A DNA stretch of 64,000 bases from the NCBI GenBank assembly GCA_963693365.1, contig CAVNZM010000002.1, positions 9,273,059 to 9,337,058 of the forward strand, given 5' to 3'. Shown one piece after another: positions 26,939 through 64,000 of this stretch; the stretch's first letter is position 1; each line of letters begins with the position of its first letter. The position numbers were made by a program, and so were the translations under genes. The notes beneath the pieces are model-generated. The model searched no databases. It was not told where the DNA came from and saw only the letters and a list, made by a program, of their open reading frames with translations. The DNA is from Amoebidium appalachense. Taxonomy: Eukaryota > Protista > Ichthyosporea.

Positions 26939-27363
26939 AGGATTTGGAGCAGCCTGTAGGGGTATTGGCTGGAATGTTCCTGGTAGCCTTGTGCAAGGTG
27001 TGCATGGGTCGGTGGGGGTGGAGGTGGAGATGTGTGTGGGTGTGTGGGTGTGTATATATATATATATATATCTCTCCTCTCTCTCTCTCTCTCTCCCCCT
27101 CCCTCCCTCCCTCCCTCCCTCCCTCCCTCCCTCCCTCCCTCCCTCCCTCCCTCCCTCCCTCCCTCCCTCCCTCCCTCCCTCCCTCCCTCCCTCCCTCCCT
27201 CCCTCCCTCCCTCCCTCCCTCCCCCCTCCCTCCCTCCCTCCCTCCCTCCCTCTCTCTCTCTCTCTCTCTCTCCCCCCCTCTCTCTCGCTCTCGCTCTCTC
27301 TCTTTCTCTCTCTCTCTTGCTCTTTCTCTCTCTGTAAATGGTTCGGTGGGTGGGTGGGTGGGT

Positions 27364-27395
<32 letters not shown>

Positions 27396-27522
27396 AAACA
27401 AAAAAAAAAAAAAAAAACATTCACACACTGCATATTTTACCCCCCCGCTCCCCCCCCCCCCCCCCCCTTAAACACATACACACACACACACACACGCACG
27501 CACGCACGCACGCGCACGCACG

Positions 27523-27571
<49 letters not shown>

Positions 27572-28004
27572 ACACACAAAGCACGAAACAGTAGCCACCT
27601 ACCTAGTGGAGCAACATGAACTCGTGGCCCGTTTGGAGCAGGTCTGCTACACCCCCGTCCCATGGCCCCTAGACGACTACGTACGGGCGATTTCGGCCGC
27701 CTTGCAACATACGGGGGTCGTATACGAGAAAATTTCAAAGAGCGACCCAATCACAACGGCTCTTTGCGCGTATTTTGAGGCCGGGTCGTCGAAATTGCAG
27801 GACCCCGCCTTGGACGCGATTGAAAATTTGCTCAACCAGGCCTCGAACAGGAACCGTTATGCACATATTGCAAAGAAGTTGTTTGCAAATGGGCTGCAAT
27901 TTCAGGTGGGTTACCTCGATTTTTGAGGGTGGGGGTTTTGGAGGTTGTAGGGGGGAGGAGGGGGGGAGGGGGGAGGGGGGAGGGAAGGGGGAGAGGGGAC
28001 ATGG

Positions 28005-28038
<34 letters not shown>

Positions 28039-28475
28039 ACTGAGCGTGTCTTTTTGTTTTATCCTTTGCCGTTTTGTTTTTGGTGTGGGTGGTGTGTTTT
28101 GCTTAGTAGTGAGTTTATTTTTGGTACGAGATCATGTAGTTAGTTACTTCACAGGCATGGTTAATCACTCACTCAATCACCCACCACATGCTCACATGTA
28201 ATTATGCACACATACACGTGCGAGCGCGCAACCCCCCCCCCCCCCCCCCTCCCCCCTCCCTCCCCCCTCCCCCCCCCCCCCCCCTCACCCTCCACGTGCA
28301 GACATTTACACACACAACCTCCCCCTCCCCCCCCCCTCCCCCCCCCCCCCCCCCTCCCCCCGGTGCACATGCACACACACACACATACTCACACACTGTC
28401 ACCGCCCCCCACCCCCCAACCCCCCAACCTCCCTCCCTCCCCCCCCCCTCCCCCCTTCCCGCGTTCCCCCGCCCC

Positions 28476-28540
<65 letters not shown>

Positions 28541-28944
28541 ACACACACAGATGCTTGAAATCATGGTTCAAGAGGGGCGCATCCCCATCATCCGTCGTAT
28601 CCACGCAGCCCTAAACAACGCCTCCCCCAGTGAGATGAAGAGACAGGACGAAGCATTCAAACGGATAGTCGAGCCAGTGAGGGAAATAGTGACTAGTCAT
28701 ATGTTCAAGGACTCGAGCCAGGCCGAGATTCTGACGAGTATTAAGGCACCTGCACACAAGCACTTTAAGGAGGGGAGATACCAGGATGCGGTTCAAGGGT
28801 AAGCTTACTCCTTCTCCCCCCCTCCCCCCCCCCTCCCCCCTACTCACACCACACAAACACACCCACCCTCCTACGCACACACACACATACACGTACGCGT
28901 GCTCTCAAACACACTGGGGTACACCCACACACCCATGCATACAT

Positions 28945-29006
<62 letters not shown>

Positions 29007-29665
29007 ACACACTCACACTCACACTCACACTCACACTCACACTCACACTCACACTCACACTCACACTCACACTCACACTCACACTCACACTCACACTCAC
29101 ACTCACACTCACGCACACACACGCACACACAGAGACAAACACCCATACGCATTACAAGGGCAGCATCTCTATTCATGCCCCCATATGAATATGGTCTACT
29201 GCCCAGAGGTTAATGAGTCGAAACCCATGCTTTTGTGGAGGCATAGGAACCCCCAGATGATGGGCTCTGCTCAAGTGTCTTCTGCCTGCAAGCTTAAATT
29301 GTTTGATTTTGGATTTCCCACTTTTGTGACGTTTTGTTGTTGCTCTTTGTCGTCTCCTCCATATTTCTAACCCTTTAGAGCATACATCACCCCCCCTTCC
29401 CCCCTGCCCCTTCCCTTCCCTCCCCAGTATCAACATTACATCGATTCACACACTGCGCTCTAACCCCCCCCCCCCCCCCCCCCCCCTGATGATGGGATCT
29501 GTTCAGGTATCTTCTGCCTGCACGCCTTTCATTTTTGTGACGTTTTTGTCGTTGCTTTTTGTTGTCTCCTCCATATTTCCAACCCTCTAACGCATACATC
29601 TCCCCCCCCCCCCCCCCCCCCCCCCCCTCCCCATCCCCTTCCTCCCCTCCCCTCCTCCCTCCCCC

Positions 29666-29709
<44 letters not shown>

Positions 29710-30053
29710 CGAAACTCAGACGCAATTGATGACTTGGGCCCTCCTTGAGGATGGGCTCTGCTTATGACGCATATTGTGCGCATGGCTATGTTGCATGCTT
29801 GAATGTTTGCCTTTGCATGTGTCCTTCGTGTATGCGTACTTCGTACCGTGTTCCGCATTCAAACCCCAACCCCCCCTCCCTCCCCCCTCCCCCCAGGCAA
29901 ATGTGTCCTTGGCCTTGCTGAAGCCGCATAACTTTACCATCCGCTTTTGCATGTGTCCTGCACGTGCCTCTCATCATGAAATTGTTTTTTTTTTGTTGTT
30001 TTTTTTATTTATTTTTTCGTATTTTTCGCACCGTACCTCCTCGTTCTAACATC

Positions 30054-30091
<38 letters not shown>

Positions 30092-31055
30092 AAAACAAAA
30101 AAAAAAAACAAAAAAAACAAAAAAAAAAAACAAAACACAGCTACGAAGCAGGGCTGGGTATAGCCGGGTGCTCCACCTCCGAAGCTGCAGTCCTATACAG
30201 CAACATGGCCGAGTGCACGCTGAGACTGCACCAGTACCCAATGACCGTCATGTGGGCCACACACGCTATAGCTCAGTGCTTCCACCAGTCACCGGCATAC
30301 GTCAAGGCCCTCTATAGGAGATATAGGGCATTTGCCGCACTCGGTTTGGATCTCGAGGTGGGTGGGTGTTTTTTTGGGGGGGTGAGGGGAGGGGGGTAGG
30401 TGGGTGGGGAGGTGGGCAGGAAGGTTGGGGGGGGGGGGGGGGGAGGGGGGGGGGGGGGGGGGGGGGGGGAGGGGGGGGGGAGGGGGGGATTGGGTGTGTG
30501 TAGGTGGGTGGGTGGATGGTGGGTTTGTGTGTGTGTGTGTGTGTGTTTGTGTGTGTCTTTGTGTCTGTTGGAAACGTGTGTAGGTGGCGTGGGCAGTCGT
30601 TAGGGATGCCTGTGCCCCGCCCCCCGTCCCCCCTCCCCCCGTCCTTGTTCGCAGGCATGCCGTCTTGCCTTGTCGCTTTTCCATCCCGTGTTACACGATA
30701 TTTTTATGTTCACATGTGCCAGACATGTTGGCAGTAATGTTCCCCTATCCACCTCCACTCTGCCTACCGATGTCCTAACCCCTGGTGGAACGCAGTCGTG
30801 TATGTGCATATCTAAATCTACACAGACATGCTTGGGCCCGTCACACACACATACACACACGTACGTATACACCCACCCACACACACACACACTTACATAC
30901 ACACATACACACATGCGCGCGCGTACACACACACACGCACGCACTCACACACACACACGCACACACACACGCACATACACATGCGCACGCGTAGACACAC
31001 ACACACGTACACACACGTACACGTAGACACACACACGTACACACGTACACACACC

Positions 31056-31113
<58 letters not shown>

Positions 31114-31419
31114 CCCTGAACGACCTCAACCAATGTGTGATTCAGTGCCCGGACAAATCCGATTGGGTGGCAGAACTCCAAGAGCGCATGACTTCCTATT
31201 TTGGCAAGCACACGGTACAAAGAAGCACGTGTGAGCAGTGTAAATTCACCCACTATGGAAATATGCGCAAATGTGGACGCTGTCAAAGAGTCATGTATTG
31301 CTCCCATCTATGCCAGGTATGTGGGCATGCACACACGCACGCATAAAGCACATACACACATACTTACATGCGTGCGCGCACACACACACGCATACACACA
31401 CACAACACACACACACGCA

Positions 31420-31485
<66 letters not shown>

Positions 31486-31499
31486 GTACGTGTGCATGT

Positions 31500-31598
<99 letters not shown>

Positions 31599-32109
31599 GC
31601 ACGCGCGTGCATGCGCTCGCAAACCGTCCTTTTCTGGAAAAGAATTTAGAGTAGATCCAGATATCTGTGTCTATACGGCCGGTGCCACGGACTTTCAGGC
31701 ACACCCCTTCTCAGAGCTAGAGGCACTCAGACGATGACAATGATATTACCTCCCCCGCCCCCCATCCCCCCCCATCCCCTTCCCCCCTCTCCCTGCCCCC
31801 CCAAGGGCAATCCACAAGTTTATACAAATATGTACACATATGACCCCACCACCACCACTATGGTTTCTATTGTAGTCAGCATCCACAAGACCCAAAAGCC
31901 CCCACCTGAAGATTAGCCTTCCACAAAAGACCCAACCCTCCCCCTAAAGCCCTTGTAGATGCTACACCGGTGACCGGATGCCTATAGTGTCGTTAATATG
32001 TGACGTCATAGATTGCAGACTACATTAGGTGACCACTGACATTCGATCCTTGCATGTGCAGGTTGCTGATTGGGCCACCCACAAGTCGGTGTGCAAGTCC
32101 AAGAAGTAG
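22539..32109 (+). CDS. ARM/helical-repeat + TPR + C-terminal MYND zinc-finger protein
   Basis: Exons: ~22539-22929 (start uncertain; probable +1 indel in the A6 run at 22867-22872), 24152-24824, 26129-26274, 27582-27905, 28551-28798 (TPR start [14 protein letters not shown]), 30141-30357 ([16 protein letters not shown]), 31113-31316 ([20 protein letters not shown]), 32062-32109 ([12 protein letters not shown], stop). All junctions from 24152 onward are phase-compatible. Confidence 0.85.
25798..25996. mobile_element. Tc1/mariner-type MITE (~199 bp)
   Basis: TA|CAGTGCTTGCACTGAAAACAGCCTTCAATCAGAA ... TTCTGATTGAATGCCGTTTTCAGTGCAAGCATTG|TA. Imperfect terminal inverted repeats of ~60 bp, a CAGTG terminus and a TA target duplication; intronic. 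Confidence 0.75.
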
Positions 32110-32299
32110 GGAAGTGTTTCTGGATGTCGGCCGGGGGATTGCAAAAAAATGTACACGGATACACCAAGGACACAAGTGTGTGTATAAAAAGATAGTCTTG
32201 CATGTAGGCCTATACAAAAGAACAGAAGCTACATGTGACAAGCAAGGCACAAGGACAGAAATATTCCTGAGGGGAGAAAGGGGGAAAAAAAAGGGGAGG

Positions 32300-32333
<34 letters not shown>

Positions 32334-32755
32334 GGGAGGGAGGGAGGGAGGGAGGGAGGGAGGGCAGAGGGAGGGAGGGGGAGGGGGGGGGAGGGACAAG
32401 AATACATAAAGGGAATAAATATTGTTTCCATGGAGATTTTTTTTTTTTTTCCCCTTCGGCTTTTCTTTATCTTTCTCTTTTCTCTCTTTCTTTCTTTATT
32501 TGTAGATGCCCGAAATGTTCTGTGTACTTGGGTAGGCATGGTGGTCTCTTGAGGTTCCTTTAAAAAGCTTAATTGTGGTGAGCCATTCCTCTCCTTACTG
32601 GTTTTGTTGTGTACTCTAGCTATTTTTTATTTTTTAGATCGGTTAGATTCGAACACGTACTGTAAGAGAGGTAAGACCGATGCGTGTATGTGTGCGTGTC
32701 GATGAAGATGTGATGTAATGATCATACATTAGCAGACTAAACTTAACGACTAATA

Positions 32756-32911
32756 GTTCAAACAGACTACGTACCCCGTTAGACTAGCAAAATTTAGCCG
32801 CCGCCGGCTAAGATTGCTACCATGTTTAGTAAGAAATCGGTAAACGTCACATATCATAGCAATCTCAGCCGGCGGCTGCTAGTCTGACCGGGTACGTAGT
32901 CTGTTTTGAAC
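32756..32911. mobile_element. Fold-back/MITE-like hairpin between convergent genes
   Basis: Arms 32756-32819 (GTTCAAACAGACTACGTACCC..GCCGCCGGCTAAGATTGCTA) and 32857-32911 are reverse complements. A 9-bp direct repeat, AACGACTAA, lies at 32745-32753 and 32924-32932. Confidence 0.6.
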
Positions 32912-33560
32912 CCTTCCCTCTTAAACGACTAACGTGAACTTCTACCATTTTTTTTTTTTTTTTTTTTAACCCCCCGGTTTTTCCATGCCTGAGCAAAGAA
33001 TAAGTAAAAGAATTTTTTAGAATGACTGGCAAGTAATCTTTCTGTAACCTTACGTAACGTTATCGATATGAATCTGTTGGGTCCCAGTAAGGCGTACATC
33101 ATTTTATTTTTTATTTTTTTTGTGGTGTGTGTGTGTGTGTGTTTTGGGGGGGGGGGGGGGGGGGGGGGGGTTGGTATCATGCTGCTGGACACGTGTAAAT
33201 GGAAACATAAATCCAGCTGCATGCAAGTAATTAAGTAAATTGAAGTGTAATGAATGTTGTTACATTGCAATCCCAGTTGCAGACAGTCTTCTTTCCATCC
33301 AGCCCCCCCCCCCCCCCCCCTCCCCCCCCCCCCCCCCCCCCTCCCCCCCCCAACCCACCACCACCACCACCCTCTAAAAGTTGTAGCGTTGTGTGTGCGT
33401 GTGGTAGCTGCCTGGCGCGTGTGCGCATCTGTGGCCATGGATGTGAGTGTTTTGTGTGTGTCTTGGGATTTGGAAGGGGTGGATGGTGCCCGGGGAATTG
33501 GGTGGGTGGGGGGTAGGTGGTTTTTTTTTTTGTTTTTTTTGGGGGGGGGGGCGGGGGGGT

Positions 33561-33597
<37 letters not shown>

Positions 33598-33630
33598 CTC
33601 CCGGCTTCCGGCTGTGTTCGTTTGACACTG

Positions 33631-33693
<63 letters not shown>

Positions 33694-34095
33694 AAGTGAA
33701 AATGTCGTCACGTGCACATGTAGCCATAGCGCGTACCACATGAAAACACAGCTGCCCACGCGTACGCTTCACCACGAGAGAAATTAAAAAAAAAATCAGT
33801 ATATACATTTATTTTCTGTTCACGATATCGATACTCTTACGAGTGAGAAAAAGATCGCGTGTGAATGCTGTTACAACAACACATATGCATTTTTAGGTAT
33901 GCAAGCTAGCATCTGTCACCCCGGTGTGTTCGGTGCGCTTGCATCATAAATTGTTTTTACCATTTATATGTGGACATTTACAATCCTACATGATTGATTT
34001 GTCTCCCCCCCCCCCCCCCCCCCCCCCTCTTTTCACAACACATGCACGCACGCACGCATGAACGCACGCACGCACGCGCGCGCGCGCGCGCGCGT

Positions 34096-34134
<39 letters not shown>

Positions 34135-34472
34135 TGTACGTACATCAAACAAATATTGAGGGAAAAAACTGAGGTTTTTGTGGTGCATGTAAAATAACGA
34201 AGCATACACAGCAGAATTTACATTCCCCAACGGTTACCTCAATAATTGAATAGAACATCAGGTTTGCCAGCCCACATTGTTCGTTACCTATCATGATGTT
34301 TAAAAAAAAAAAAGGGTGTCATACACATTGAATCCAGAAATCCAACAAATCACGGACGGCAACACCCACATTCCATCCTGTTCCTTCTCCATTTTCACAA
34401 TTTTCTGTATTAATATTGTTTTTTCTCTAATTCACTGTTGTTTCTTCTCCATTTCTCCTATTTTCTGTATTT

Positions 34473-44167
<9,695 letters not shown>

Positions 44168-45499
44168 GTTCGACTGCTGATCTCGAAGGTACGTTTACTT
44201 CTGTGCAGGGGATAAAAAAGCAACCCTCTCTGGAAAGAGCAGTACTTCAGAATGCTTGCCTTTTTAAAGCTACTGTTTACTATGATATATGTTGACTATT
44301 TCTTCTTGCTTCTTTTTCCATGCCAATACCCCCAGAGCTCACCGCTTTTCACTTTCCACTGTTTGTCTCTGTGTCTGTCCTTTTTTTCAAAGCCTTCCAT
44401 GGATGGTGGCTCAGCCTCCGGTGACGCCTCCACCAATAAGATCCTTGCTGTTATCACTGGGCAATCCGTGTGCGTGATTCTCATTCATCTTATTGGTTCA
44501 CCTAGGCTACAAAAAGATTCGAAGCGGGTGCAACTTTGCAAGCTTGAGGGATCAGAAAAACGAAACGTTCTCAAGTCCTAGCACATCCGCAACAGCTTAC
44601 TCTTTACTGGCGTTATCCGGGTTTTTATAATATGAGAGACTCGGCGGTGGTATAGCTTTTTGCTTTAGCAACGAAATCTGCTGGGTCTCCGAGCGTCGGT
44701 TGCTTGGAGTACTCTACTTGAGGCTGCGTTGCAGATAGCAGCTGATAAAGGTAGCTCTTGACGTTCTTGCCATGCATTAGAAAACGGAATTCAATCTTTC
44801 TCTCTTCTTTTACCACGTTCACTTTATAGCCCTGATAAAAACCATTTGAATACTACCACTCTGGCAACCCATAACCCCTTGGTATTTTCTCCCACATTTG
44901 CCCCCCCCCCCCCCCCCCCCCCCCCCGCTCCCCCCACCCCCCCCTCTCCCTCCCCTCCCCCCTCCCCCCCCCCCCCCCCCCCCCCCCCCCCATACACCCC
45001 CCCCCCCCCCCCCCCCCTCCCCCGGCCCCCTCCTCCCCGCACACACACTGTGATACTTAGCCCTTTCTCCACCCCGTTACTCAATAGTTATGTTTGTCTG
45101 TTTTGCTGTTAGCATTCTAGTTTTGTTTCTGTACCTCTACACAATAATAGTTCGACTATACCACATTCGCTTCATGGGTCGTTATTATATTCACACAGTG
45201 ACTTTGACTGATCCCTTTCTCTTTCAATGGCACCTTCTGTTTGCACAACGGCAAGCTAGCACAAAAAAGCTTAGCTTTCACACATGCACTTCCCTGCTAA
45301 CAAGCTCGCCCTTATTCTCTTGCGTGTAGTATAAACTTGCAAGGGTGTGTTGACTTTCTTCTGCGCAGTGCCGAACTGATTGCTCACAGAAAATACGTCT
45401 AAAACCAGTTAATTTGCTAATAACAAGAATTGAATCACACACCCCGACTGTCTGACGTCCACCACACTATCGCTCTGCTATTACATTGCACCTATCACC

Positions 45500-45568
<69 letters not shown>

Positions 45569-45592
45569 CGCGTTTGTGTCTGTGTGTGTGTC

Positions 45593-45650
<58 letters not shown>

Positions 45651-46042
45651 TGTTCGCCCTCGTGCGTGTGTATAATTGTGTGTGTGTGTGTGCACGCGCA
45701 CGCGTCCATGTACGTACTCGTGTGCGTGTGCGCGCGTGTATGTGTGTGCTGGTGTGCATGTGCTTGTATGAGTGTACCTGTGCGCATGCACAGACACAAT
45801 CGCACGCGACTTCCATGCACATTTCCACGTCAGACACACGGCAGGCACACACGTAATACGGGCACGGAGGCACACAGGCAGGCAGGCAGGCACACACATA
45901 CACACTTACACACACACCCACGCACACACACACCCCCTTGACATGCAATATTCTGACCCGGGAATCACACACCTCTCCTTTCCTTTTTTCATTCCCCTAC
46001 GCGCAAAAATCTCACCCTTGGATTCTCTTTTGCAGACAGGGC

Positions 46043-63468
<17,426 letters not shown>

Positions 63469-63485
63469 GTGTGTGGAGAGTGGTC

Positions 63486-63636
63486 GCTTGCTTGAATGCT
63501 TGCTTGATTGCTTGTTTGCTTGCTTATGTGCTTGTTTGATTGCTTGAATGCTCGTTTGGTTGCTTGGTTGGTTGCTTGATTGCTTGAATGCTTGCTTGTT
63601 TGCTTGCTTGAATGCATGTTTGGTTGCTTATTGCTT
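63486..63636. repeat. Degenerate (TTGC/TTGA/TTGG)n tetranucleotide-like repeat
   Basis: Runs such as TGCTTGAATGCTTGCTTGATTGCTTGTTTGC just after the PLC C2 exon donor. Confidence 0.8.
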
Positions 63637-63780
63637 GGCAGTCTTGCAACTCCATTTACCCGCTCTTCCACCCCCGCCCTCCTCTTCCCCCCCACTTCCC
63701 CCCTGCACCACCACCACCACCAGGATATCTCCCCCCTCCTTCCCTCTTGACTCCACCTACCCCCTCTTCTGCCCCCTCTC

Positions 63781-63870
<90 letters not shown>

Positions 63871-64000
63871 ACGTGTGTGTGTTTAGTAAGGCTTCCCCCC
63901 CCCCCCCTTTCCCCCTGCATCCCCCGTCTCCCTTCCCTTCTCTCTCTCTCTCTCACTCTCCTCTCCCTTTCTCTCTCTATTTACCCCACCCCCCCCGGAC

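Noticed and set aside
44400-44830. Short ORFs on both strands between CRYL1 and PLC
   Set aside because: No domain similarity is recognisable and the frames are interrupted by stops.

Overview
Intron-rich eukaryotic genomic DNA, probably from a unicellular holozoan (inferred from gene content, not confirmable here). Most ORFs in the track are translations of (CA)n, (GT)n, (GA)n and poly-C/G tracts. Manual GT-AG splicing with phase checks recovers five protein genes. (1) A 5'-partial, divergent DNMT1-type cytosine methyltransferase (BAH-CxxC-BAH-MTase, + strand, ~132-13770). (2) A two-exon minus-strand gene (19592-16981) fusing an NLS/Q-rich region to the DNA-binding half of an IS630/Tc1-like transposase with no catalytic domain, a candidate domesticated transposase. 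(3) An ARM-like/TPR/MYND protein (+, ~22539-32109). (4) A complete 13-exon lambda-crystallin/L-gulonate 3-dehydrogenase (CRYL1; -, 44167-34473). (5) A 3'-partial PI-phospholipase C (PH-EF-X-Y-C2; +, 46043 to beyond 63468) with an intronic tRNA-Trp(CCA). The window also holds several MITE/fold-back elements and a minisatellite. Two intron patterns stand out: acceptors built from (CA)n or A-rich tracts instead of polypyrimidine tracts, and degenerate copies of exon/splice junctions inside introns.
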